64,000 nucleotides of DNA from Nemertoderma westbladi (Eukaryota > Animalia > Xenacoelomorpha), in contig JAUCBJ010007622.1 in NCBI GenBank assembly GCA_032718475.1, forward strand, positions 59,675 to 123,674. Reading direction: 5' to 3'. Of the stretch, positions 35,578 to 46,276 are shown piece after piece (position 1 is the stretch's first letter; the number at the start of each line of letters is the position of its first letter). The notes beneath the pieces are model-generated. The model was not told the origin of the DNA. It ran no database searches and saw only the letters and a list, made by a program, of their open reading frames with translations. A program made the translations under genes and the position numbers.

Positions 35578-37739
35578 CGTGATTGTGTACCGGTAACTCG
35601 TTTAGGAAATAAAAATAAATAAATACTTTTACGAAAATAATTAAAACTTTTCAGGAAAACAAAGAGACAATGATTGGGAATGTGGTGAACGGGGGCTATT
35701 ATAGAGGGGGCTAGAATGGGTTAGCCAATCAGGGAACAGGAGGGAGAAAAGACTGTATAATTAAACCAATCAGAGAGCAGCTTTGATGACGTCACATCAG
35801 GCGAGATAATGATTGCCCAATGTTATTCAATGGTAGACAGAGTGGCGCCATTGAATAACGAAGACAAAGGGGCCGCGAGAGGAAAGATTATAAAGTTAAC
35901 GATAAGGGATCTATAAACCATAGAGCTAAAAATAGACATTATGTCATAGTGATCTCATTGGTAATATAAAAACTAATTAATCTAAAAATAGAAATCTAAG
36001 GCTAACATTCATATGCTATATCCCATAGTTATTACCGATATTTAATTACTACTGGCTCCTAACGACTTATCACTGGGGAGCCCTTTAATTAAAGCCGCCG
36101 CTCGTTGAAACTGTTGCGTTGCTCCCTCTGCGCTGATGCTATATAAACCGAGATGGGACCTTCATTCCTGATCAGTTTTGAGCTCGAATAATTTTACATG
36201 ATTTATTTCACAAGACGCTAATTTTAAACTTTACATTTCATTTTAAACTTTTGCGTTTACAATTTGTCAATTTGGCTATTCATCATCATGGATTCCACCA
36301 CCAGCACCCAGCTAGCCGCCTCCGTAACACCGGTCTCCATCACAGCTACACCCGTCACCACCATATCCAACGCTACCAACACAACCGCAACCAGAAGCGT
36401 CGGTACACAGACCATGGAGAGCAGGTCGGAAGCGGTCACTCCCTATGTCCGTTATATGAGGGATGATGTCGCAAGTTTTCCATACCAAAGGATGGACAGC
36501 AAGGTGGCTCAACCTAGAGACCATCTTTAAGATGTGGAACACACTCGCCGTCCCTGTCATAATCTACAGATTAACTCTGACTATTGGATCCCTACGCCGA
36601 AAGGATATCGACAAACTCGACGCCTACCACCGCAAGGTGCAACGTGGCCTCTTACTTCTTGGGAACTATTTGGAGAATAATACACTCTATCTACTCTCAG
36701 GGACCCCACCATTACCCAGTGAAAAATGTATATGCGGGTCACATGCGTTGCGCAATAGAAGGATGGGAACCCACAGTTATCGTAAAGTAGGGCTTTCCAA
36801 GTGTTAGAGAAGTGTGAAAAACATGCGTAATCGCACTTCTTTATTACAAATGTGTAGGAACTGGGTATTCCGCAGTTATCTTAAAGTGGGGCTTTCCAAG
36901 TGTCCGAGAAGTGTGAAAAACATGGGTAATCACACTTCTGTATTACAAATGTGTAGGAACTGGGTATTTATTATAGTGATCAGGGGTGTGCATCCAAGTG
37001 TGTCAGAAGGGTGATGATGTGTGCAAATCCAGTGATTATCTACCTTATGGCCTAACTGCCTAATGCTGTAATGTAGTTAGGTTAAAGACTGTTACCTCAA
37101 AACATTGTACCTAGCACACAATGCTGCAATGACAGAATGAGGCTAATTTGATTTTCTGTCATGTCATAGCCATACTGACATAGGCAGATAGGCTTAAGGT
37201 ACCGTTGACCGTGTCTACATAAACTGATAAACCCAGACTGCCAGATATTTAAAATATTGAAATAGGCCTATCTGCCTATTACTGTATTAGCTCACAGCAG
37301 CACAGGGCACAGGGTTTCAGGTTTGTCCAGTGTCAGGTCAGTCAGTCAGTGCTGCAGTGTGTATCTCTACTGCTCAGCTGCTCTACTGCTCTATGTCTCT
37401 GTCTTTCTGTCCTGTCAGGTCTGTTCCGCATCTGGCATCTGGTCAGATGTGCCCCAGTCTGCAGTCAGCCAGTGAGTACGGTACGGCAGTCAGGCAGTAC
37501 CAGAGTACATCAACAGCCAGACAGCAGTCCGGCGGTACCCTGGTTGACCTGGTACCGGTCTGCCGGTAGGCCTCCCGATGCCCGCTGTACAGCTGTACGG
37601 TACCGTGGGTGGTGGGCTGGGCAGTGCTGTGCCCTCCAGCCCTCATATCTGCTGATCTGCCTTTCACCCTATGGCTGTATGGTAGACCTACTGGTTGCCG
37701 GTCTGCCAGTAGGCCTATAGCAGTATACATGGTATAGCA

Positions 37740-38687
37740 CAGTTAGGAACACTGGTCACTTTCTGGCTGGAGATCAGCCAAAAATTGTCCACATATTTAC
37801 AGCCAGAAAGTGTCCGTGCAGCCACTATTTGTCCTTCAACAGGCTGCGATTATATTTCCGGACATATTTTGGCTGTACCTCCACCTGTCCACTAGTACAG
37901 TAGTACTCAAAGCAGAAGCTGGGCACATAATGCTGTAATGTGACAATTTTTATTTTTAATAGGCCTATTAATGATAGTTATCCCAACGATGAGGTTCTAA
38001 TTCTCAAATTAATTTAATTTATACAGAATTTTATGGCGATTCTAATGCTGTAATGGCATAATTTTTAGAACGCCAATGTTAAAATTTCACTTTGCTTTTG
38101 CTTTGCTTGCTTTGCTTGCACTAGCAGTATAGGCCTAGCAGGCTAGGGAAAAACAATACCATATGCCATACAGCCATACGTTTTCAAACTGTCAAAAGCT
38201 CAGTTAGGAACACTGGTCACTTTCTGGCTGGAGCTCAGCCAAAAATTGTCCACATATTTACAGCCAGGAAGTGTCCGTACAGCCACTATTCTGCTATTTG
38301 TCCTTCAACAGGCTGACAGGACAGGCTGCGATTATATTTCCGGACATATTTTGGCTGTACATCCACTAGTACTCAAAGCAGAAGCTTGGCGTTGGCACAT
38401 ACAGACATAATGCAGTAATGTGACAATTTTTATTTTTAATTTTAATGATAGTTATCCCGATGATGAGATTCTAATTCTCAAATTAATTTATACAGAATTT
38501 TATGGCGATTCTAATGGCATATCGGTACTTTTTAGAATGCCAATGTTAAAATTTCACTGCCGGTTTTCAAATGAAATTTAGCATTGTTTTCTATGGAGAA
38601 ATTTCACTCTGAAAGCGTTTTCCGCGGACACATTCTGCAGTTCTCGCTGTAAATTGATGGACAAATTGTGACCAGTGTTCCTGACTG
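37740..38687. mobile_element. Small TIR element (38201-38687) with a partial upstream duplicate from 37740
   Basis: CAGTTAGGAACACTGGTCAC at 37740 and 38201; inverted GTGACCAGTGTTCCTGACTG ends at 38687; no clear TSD. Confidence 0.6.
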
Positions 38688-39727
38688 AAGTTAGGCCAGT
38701 TAGGTTGAATACCATGAAATATGGGGTTCTTATTTCTGTATTTACTCACCTTTACAATTTTGAAAGTGTTGAACTCAATCAGTCAATTAAAAAATGTAAA
38801 GAAACACTCATTCATTGTCTTTGAAATGCGGTCTGTCTAAACACCCAAAATCACACAAAAAATTATAATTTTATTTTATCTAATCGTTTATTGTTTTGGT
38901 TCCTTCTGGCTACCACTGTGTGGCTTCGCGTTTTTGAGGCAACTTTGAAATCGTCTGACAACTTTCTGATTAATAGTTTATTCATTTAGTAATAAAAATA
39001 TTGAAGTTCAGGCATCGTTTATTTAGAATCACATACAATTAACATTGAACTGATAATCAGATCAACTGTAGACACCACTTCAAATAATGTACTTGCCTTA
39101 AAAATTTCCGACCCTTGCCACACCGATTGGTTGAATTAGCATGGAATGACCCTTTGGGCAAAGTTGCCCCATCCACCATCCGGCCAAAGTCAAAAGTACA
39201 GAAGTAGCCCCATTCAGTCAGTTAGTCAGGGAGAAGATATATTTTCAACTGACTGACTGAGTTGAAATTTCAACTTAATTTTTAAAATTCAACTTTTTAT
39301 TAAAATTCAACTTTTGGAGTAGGTACCGGTAGGGTTTTAAATTCAACTTTTTTAAAAATTCAACTTTTTGAGTAGGGTTTGAAATACCTACGAATTAGGC
39401 CTACCCCAAAATAGTAACAAAATACCACAAAAAGGCTAAACTATTACCGGTACCGCGGTACCGATTGAAAATAACAACTAGTTGTGGTAAATTGCGCTAA
39501 GTTGCGGTAAATTGCAGTTTTTAGTACGACCATTGAAATTTGAACTTCTCCCCGACTGTACAGTACCGGTATTATAGGGATTAAGGTACATCAGGATATG
39601 CATATTTATTGAGTTTTTTTAAGTATAACCCATTTATTGAGTTACTGCCTACCGGTACGAGCTTGTCACTTCTGCACTTACAAGATGGTAACTATGAACG
39701 ACTCCCATCTGGCTGTGTAGTGCCAGG

Positions 39728-41785
39728 ATGTCTTCGCGAAGCCAGTTATTTAGAAAAAGGAAGCAACAAATTGAAGAAGAAGTAGGGGAGTTTTTTAATC
39801 TGCCCTCGTGCAGTACTGGTACTAGTACCAGGTGTGTGGATACCTCTGTTGGTAACACAAGTAGTCCCACCTCTACGGGTACGGCTACATCTACATTAAC
39901 TTTTGATCCTTGCCTTCCAGTGGATCATAATGTTGATGTCACGTCAGATTCGTCAGAATCTGGAGGTAATACCGATACTGGTAGTGATACTTCTGGTGGT
40001 TATATTTCTGATAACCTTACCTTGGAACATGATTTCATTGATTCTGATTGTATTGGTAGCGACATATCAACATCACCAACAGATGCGGAAGAAGTTGCAG
40101 GGGATGATTGTGAAATCACCATGTGTGCTAAAAATAAAGGATTATGCTGCACTCTATTGAATTGGCTCACAAATAATACCTCTGTCTCAGATAGAGCATT
40201 TTCGCAACTACTTCAAATCTTAAGAAAGAATGACCATAACAATTTACCGTCCACAGCTCAAACTCTTCGTAAACATCACCATGTAGGGAAAGACAAGTGT
40301 ACAGAAATTGAAATCTTTGGCTGCGCCAGCGGACGTATGGTCTTTTTTGGAATTCCAGATGAGTACTGCCGACTTCAAATATTAGTTAACATAGATGGCA
40401 CCCCATGGACTAAGTCATCGAATTCATCTTTCTGGCCCATTTTAGGTTCCGTGTATAAAAGAAAGGATATCCCTGTCTTTATGCTTGCTCTTTGGGTTGG
40501 TGCAATGTCAAAGCCACTTGATGTTTCTGATTACCTTAAACATCTAGTCGATTATGTTGTCCTCAACCAAATTAAAATGAAACTGATTATTGTTGACACT
40601 CCTGCAAGAAGTTTGATTTTGTGTACCAAGGGTCATTCTGGTTACAATTCATGCACTTATTGCACTATTATTGGTGAGAGAAATGAACTAAATACAAAGG
40701 TGATATTCCCAGGTAGTGGTTTTACGTTGAGAAAGGATGATGAGTATTTGGAACAGGACAGTGAAGGTCACATGAAGTGTTTGTCGCCACTTAGACATAT
40801 TTTGGGTTTATCTAGTTGTTTGCCGCCAGAGTACATGCATTTGATTTGTTTGGGGGTCACTAAACAGTTGATATCTAGCTGGACTTCTCGAGATTTCATT
40901 TGTAACAGGACTACACCCCTTCCTTGTTGCTTGCGACCTAGTATGAAGGTTACTTTAAATATCACTTTGAAGAGCTTTGGTTTACACATGCCTTCAATTT
41001 TTAATCGACGGTTGCGTGGTTTTGATGAGGTTAAGCATTTCAAAGCTACTGAGTTTCGTAACTTCATTTTATATGCTTGCCCACTGATGGGTAGCTATCT
41101 TCCGGATCGATATTTCATACATTTAATGTACCTTCACGTAGCACTTCGAATTCTAATATCAGATAAATTATCAACGGATCCTAGATATTTAGGTTATTCA
41201 AGGAGTCTCATTTCAATGTTTCACGAGCAGATTGGTGATCTGTATACTTCTGATATGTATACATACAACATTCATTTGTTAACACATTTAGTCGATTTTG
41301 TTGAATTATATGGGCCATTAGATGATTGGAGTGCATTCAGGTTCGAATCATATATGCACATCTTAAAGAAACGTACAAAATCAAAGCGAATTGATTTGAT
41401 TCTCAAGGAAGCGGCTGGGAAGTACTTAAGTGAAATACATATAGCTGCTAGTTCAGAAGTTAGCAAACCGACAGTTTCGACAGACATACCGAAAACTGAC
41501 ATTCAACATCTAAAAAGGGGTTCTTGTATATTTACTGCGAACCTTTTTTTATTAGTGGGATCGTTTTCAATTATTCCTGGTGGTTTAAAATTACATGGAC
41601 ATATGCTTGATTTTGTGAGTGACTTGTTCCAGTTGCCATGTCCTAGCAGTGGTTATGGTGAAGGTTTTTTCAAAATAGGAAAGGAATTCTCTAATTTAGT
41701 AGTTGGTGATTGGACATTATGCATCTGTTTTCCAAGTACATATAATGGGCAACATGTTTTCTATGTGTCAATGTTGTGTAATTAA
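39728..41785 (+). CDS. EnSpm/CMC-type DDE transposase
   Basis: IDGTP..KSS..FWPILG, VDTPAR, KGHSGY.SC..C, YMH..CLGV.K, KATEFR, H.L.HL...GPL..SAFRFE. Confidence 0.9.
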   Translation: MSSRSQLFRKRKQQIEEEVGEFFNLPSCSTGTSTRCVDTSVGNTSSPTSTGTATSTLTFDPCLPVDHNVDVTSDSSESGGNTDTGSDTSGGYISDNLTLEHDFIDSDCIGSDISTSPTDAEEVAGDDCEITMCAKNKGLCCTLLNWLTNNTSVSDRAFSQLLQILRKNDHNNLPSTAQTLRKHHHVGKDKCTEIEIFGCASGRMVFFGIPDEYCRLQILVNIDGTPWTKSSNSSFWPILGSVYKRKDIPVFMLALWVGAMSKPLDVSDYLKHLVDYVVLNQIKMKLIIVDTPARSLILCTKGHSGYNSCTYCTIIGERNELNTKVIFPGSGFTLRKDDEYLEQDSEGHMKCLSPLRHILGLSSCLPPEYMHLICLGVTKQLISSWTSRDFICNRTTPLPCCLRPSMKVTLNITLKSFGLHMPSIFNRRLRGFDEVKHFKATEFRNFILYACPLMGSYLPDRYFIHLMYLHVALRILISDKLSTDPRYLGYSRSLISMFHEQIGDLYTSDMYTYNIHLLTHLVDFVELYGPLDDWSAFRFESYMHILKKRTKSKRIDLILKEAAGKYLSEIHIAASSEVSKPTVSTDIPKTDIQHLKRGSCIFTANLFLLVGSFSIIPGGLKLHGHMLDFVSDLFQLPCPSSGYGEGFFKIGKEFSNLVVGDWTLCICFPSTYNGQHVFYVSMLCN

Positions 41786-41862
41786 ATACAATAGGCATAT
41801 ATATCTGACACTGATATTGATCAATTAATTGCAACTCATGCCCAAATAATTTTTGACAACCC

Positions 41863-43011
41863 TTGGGTGGGACTATCGTATATATATATATGCTAATGGA
41901 TAAATATGAAGATGTAATTGTCTACTGTAAAGCCGACAGAAGTATATTTTCAGCCTCACTGCTTAATGAGGTCGATGATTACGATGAGAATGAACCGAAA
42001 ATTAATGGCGGTGAATATGTTGTCACATATGAAGGGGAGAAATGTACGTGTAGAGTTTTAACTCATGGATTTCTGGAAGAGGAAGAATATCTAGTCATCT
42101 TGGATAAGGCCCGAGAATTAAATAATTTAGGATATAATTACACAACTGTTTTCAATTCAATTCCGAGAGTTGTAAACAAGGCTACTGGACCAAGAAAGCG
42201 GCTTCACTTTGTATCTAGCAGAAGACTTGGTCTTCCAGTGGCGTCATCAGACGATGAAGTAGTTGTACAGCGTTCCAATAATAAGCGCCAAAAACCGAAC
42301 AATTGTGTTCCGAAAGATGTCAGACTACCTACTCCACTGCAACCTCACCCTCCATTATCAATAGCTGGGAGGAGTGAATCTGATCCAGTTACTGATACAG
42401 GTACAAGTGTTCCACCAGTTTTTATAAGGAAGTCTGTTGGCCTAAACCCACAGAATGTGAATAATATATCAGATATGCCTGATAGGCAGCTATTAGAGGC
42501 AATATTCAAGCTACAAAGGAACAACAGATCATCTATAATTGAGCAGAGTTCACGAATTAGCTCACTCAGACAGGATGTTAAGGCACTTTCCAGTGCTGTA
42601 TCGTATACCAATGTTGTAACCACTGGCAGCCGTAACAGCGTCACCTTAGATCAGGCCCGTATGATAACTGTAACACCTGCCTCCAGCCGCGACGAACTAG
42701 TAGCTCTGGTTTCTCGACAAGAAACTGAAGTGTACCTAAAGCTCCAGGGAGGTGTACACTTGCGGAACATAGTCTCTAGGCAGCTGGAGACGCTGATGAC
42801 GAAGGAATTTGCCAAGACGTGCAGCTATACAGGTAGATCAACCATAAAGAACGAAAAGAGGAATTCTCTTCTAGAGATGGGGGTTGTTAATCTGTTAAAG
42901 AAAGTTAATTCGAATGTCCCTGACTTCACGGTGTATGGATTAGAGCGTTCACTGAAACTGGCCCTTCACACATATATCGATACTAGGAAAAGTGGTAGTA
43001 AGTTAATTTAA
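41863..43011 (+). CDS. EnSpm second ORF (DUF4806-like accessory/DNA-binding protein); true start probably ~41890
   Basis: Inside the TIRs; coiled coil followed by GG......V...L..LM...A...SYTG. Confidence 0.7.
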   Translation: MGGTIVYIYMLMDKYEDVIVYCKADRSIFSASLLNEVDDYDENEPKINGGEYVVTYEGEKCTCRVLTHGFLEEEEYLVILDKARELNNLGYNYTTVFNSIPRVVNKATGPRKRLHFVSSRRLGLPVASSDDEVVVQRSNNKRQKPNNCVPKDVRLPTPLQPHPPLSIAGRSESDPVTDTGTSVPPVFIRKSVGLNPQNVNNISDMPDRQLLEAIFKLQRNNRSSIIEQSSRISSLRQDVKALSSAVSYTNVVTTGSRNSVTLDQARMITVTPASSRDELVALVSRQETEVYLKLQGGVHLRNIVSRQLETLMTKEFAKTCSYTGRSTIKNEKRNSLLEMGVVNLLKKVNSNVPDFTVYGLERSLKLALHTYIDTRKSGSKLI

Positions 43012-43891
43012 AATAATTGATTATTTTTGTTAATTAGTAGGCCTAATTTATGCACTTATTATTTTATTATTGCGAAATATCATATATTATGTAGATGTAC
43101 CGTACCGTACTGTGCACTTACATTTTTCACTGGGTATCGATCATTGCCTATCGGAGTTGCTATAGAACCTTAGTTAGAACACTTGATTGCCCCAGTCTCG
43201 AGCTACAGTTACCTTAATTATAAATGTATTTACCCCCACATTATTTATTACTATTAGGTCTATTTATTCAAGAAATTATATGTTTTTATAATATATACTT
43301 TGGAAAATTAGTCGACTAAGTCATAATTTTTAAAACTTTAAATACGGGTTGAGTTATTTTATAAAGTTAAGAAGAATGAAGCAATAGAGGGAGCCTGAAG
43401 TCTAATCTCTTGGTCTTTACTCACGTTAACTCCAAAGGTTGCATACTATCACTATAGCCGGGAGAGTCAAAGCTAGAGTGTATGCTAGAGTTAACCAAGA
43501 GCTAGGAAAAAGAATAATGCTCTTCTAGGGTGCAAACTCACGACCTTCTAATTAGAAAACTAAGCAAATGATCAGCTTGAAGGTCTTAGACCCTTAATCG
43601 GAAGCATCGAGCAGCCAATGAGAGAGCGGATGCGAGTACAGTGGTAAAGCCCATCCATAGTGAGATAGCGTTGCACTAGCTCTCAAGGATAGTTATACTC
43701 ACCATTCAAATATCCCTCGCAAACCAGAGTCCCCCAACATCTAAAGTATTCCACTTCAATGTAAAATATATAATGCAATATAACTCGAATATTTCTGTTT
43801 TTATAATATAAATAATAATTGTAGCATAAATTTATAATTTAATATAAATATAATGTGAAAATTCAATATTATCAAATGACATTGCTATATA

Positions 43892-43984
43892 ATGCATAGC
43901 CATGAAAGTTGTTTGGTTTGTAATAAAGAAATGAGACAAGACAATTTATCTCGTCATATGGAAACACATAGAAAGGAAAACTAA
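43892..43984 (+). CDS. 30-aa micro-ORF or remnant with a single C2H2 zinc finger
   Basis: MHSHESCLVCNKEMRQDNLSRHMETHRKEN* fits C-x2-C-x12-H-x3-H; may continue after a frameshift. Confidence 0.55.
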   Translation: MHSHESCLVCNKEMRQDNLSRHMETHRKEN

Positions 43985-44204
43985 TGGCTCCGTTACCAAA
44001 AAATTTAAAAAATCCGAAGATATTTTAGTGAAGATGAAAAGAAAAAGAGAGATGAGCGTGATATATTAAATATAAAACAGCCAATGGAAAATAAATTTCA
44101 TAAAGTTGTGAATATTTTGAAAGGGATACAAAAACAGTTACCCCTAGAAAATGAGGAAAATTTGAGTGAGAAAGACGGAGAAGAAGAGGTAAAATAGGAA
44201 AAAC

Positions 44205-45795
44205 ATATGCTCACAGGCTCAATCCCTACTCGTATCCCGTTTTATGGGAATTATAAAAAGTAAACACAAAATAGGAAAAACAGATGGTCACGGGTTCAAT
44301 CCCTACTCGCGACCAATATAAAACCAACATAAAATAAGTTAAACATAGAATAACTAGAATACCTAAACTAAACACAAAATAGGAAAACATCTGGTCACAG
44401 GTTCGATCCCTAGTCGTATCCCGTTTTATGGAAAATAAACAGGAGGTCACGGGTTCAATCCCTACTCGCAACCATTATAAAACCAACACAAAATAAGTTA
44501 AACCAGGGTTCGAGTCCTACTAATGCAATTATAAAAAGTAGGTAACACGGATGGTCACGGATACAAACCCTACTCACGGAAAAATAAAACCAACACAAAA
44601 TAAATAATATAGTAAACTTTCATGTATACCATAGTAAATAAACTAATTTAATAATAAAGTTTGTAAAATAGATAATGATCCGGGGAATTCACCGGCAGGA
44701 CACATGGAAACGATTTTATTACTATGAAATACACTGAAATATATTCTCACATTAACTCCCAAGGTTGCATACTATCACTATCTCCGGGAGAGTCAAAGCT
44801 AGAGTGTATGCTAGAGTTAACCAAGAGCTAGGAAAAAGAATAATGCTCTTCTAGGGTGCAAAATCACGACCTTCTAATTAGAAAACTAAGCAAATGATCA
44901 GCTTGAAGGTCTTAGACCCTTAATCGGAGGCATCGAGCAGTCAATGAGAGAGCGGATGCGAGTACAGTGGTAAAGCCCATCCATAGTGAGATAGCGTTGC
45001 ACTAGCTCTCAAGGATAGTTATACTCACCATTCAAATATGCCTCGCAAACCAGAGTCCCCCAACATCTAAAGTATTCCACTTCAATGTAAAATATATAAT
45101 GCAATATAACTCGAATATTTCTGTTTTTATAATATAAATAATAATTGTAGCATAAATTTATATTTTAACACAAATATAATGTGAAAATTCACTTTAACTG
45201 TTTTTTATAATATAAATAATAATTGTAACATAAATTTATAATTTAACATAAATATAAGGTGAAAATTCACTTTAACATAGAGTAACTAAACTAAACACAA
45301 AATAGGATAAACAGATGGTCATAGGTTCGACCCGTACTCGTGTCCGTTTTATGAAAAATATAAAAAGTATACATAGAATAACTAGAGTACCTAAACTAAA
45401 CACAAAATAGGAAAAACAGCAGGTCACGGGCTCAATCCCTTCTCGTATCCCGTTTTATGGAAAAATATAAAAAGTAAACACAAAATAGGATAAACAGATG
45501 GTCACGGGTTCAATCCCTACTCGCGACCAATATAAAACCAACATAAAATAAGTTAAACATAGAATAACTAGAATACCTAAACTAAACACAAAATAGGAAA
45601 ACATCTGGTCACAGGTTCGATCCCTAGTCGTATCCCGTTTTATGGAAAATAAACAGGAGGTCACGGGTTCAATCCCTACTCGCGACCATTATAAAACCAA
45701 CACAAAATAAGTTAAACCAGGGTTCGAGTCCTACTAATGCAATTATAAAAAGTAGGTAACACGGATGGTCACGGATACAAACCCTACTCACGGAA
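44205..45795 (+). repeat. Two clusters of tRNA 3'-half/B-box motifs (GGTCACGGGTTCRATCCCTACTCG) in A-rich spacers
   Basis: About 6 copies at 44209-44580 and 7 at 45317-45795; some end in GCGACCA. Confidence 0.8.
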
Positions 45796-46276
45796 AAATA
45801 AAACCAACACAAAATAAATAATATAGTAAACTTTCATGTATACCATAGTAAATAAACTAATTTAATAATAAAGTTTGTAAAATAGATAATGATCCGGGGA
45901 ATTCACCGGAAGGACACATGGAAACGATTTTATTACTATGAAATACACTGAAATATGCACGTCCTATATATATTCTAATCGCGCAAAATAATTCGGGGGT
46001 ATAGCTAATAAATATTGCTTTATTATTAATTGTATGATGTCCACATTTTTTCATTAACAATTTAAAATTAACACTTGGAAAAATAATTGTTCGTGTTTCG
46101 GTATTAAGTTTCAAATTTTGTAATTGCATACCAATAGTTTGTTTTAAATAAAGCAATTCACTAGCTAAATTATTGCACAGGCCTACAATTGTTACTGCGC
46201 CGCTGGGAAATAGCATTAAAGTTGAATCGTCACCTTTGTAGATAAACATGTTTGGTTTTAAGCAACTTTGACCTGT

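Larger units (their letters stand above)
36715..43134 (+). mobile_element. EnSpm/CACTA (CMC) DNA transposon, apparently intact
   Basis: 16-bp perfect TIR CCCAGTGAAAAATGTA; 2-bp TA TSD; two open ORFs; ~99-bp subterminal tandem repeat at 36774-36968. Confidence 0.92.
36288..43217 (+). pseudogene. Chimeric gene: Thr-rich N-terminus plus LINE RT C-terminal-like domain, split by the EnSpm insertion
   Basis: SQVFHTKGWTARWL..IFKMWNTLAVP matches SQTFHTRGWTTRWL..VFRLWDSLAVP of ORF 12595-13383; resumes after 43136 as SIIAYRSCYRTLVRTLDCPSLELQLP*; TATATAAA at 36140. Confidence 0.65.
43425..45956. repeat. Imperfect tandem duplication (~43425-44750 and ~44752-45956) including the 3' end of the TBP-like gene
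   Basis: TTAACTCC.AAGGTTGCATACTATCAC opens both units and AAATACACTGAAATAT closes both. Confidence 0.88.

Noticed and set aside
44205-45795. Functional tRNA gene cluster
   Set aside because: Only T-arm/3' halves are present; no D arm, anticodon arm or pairing acceptor stem
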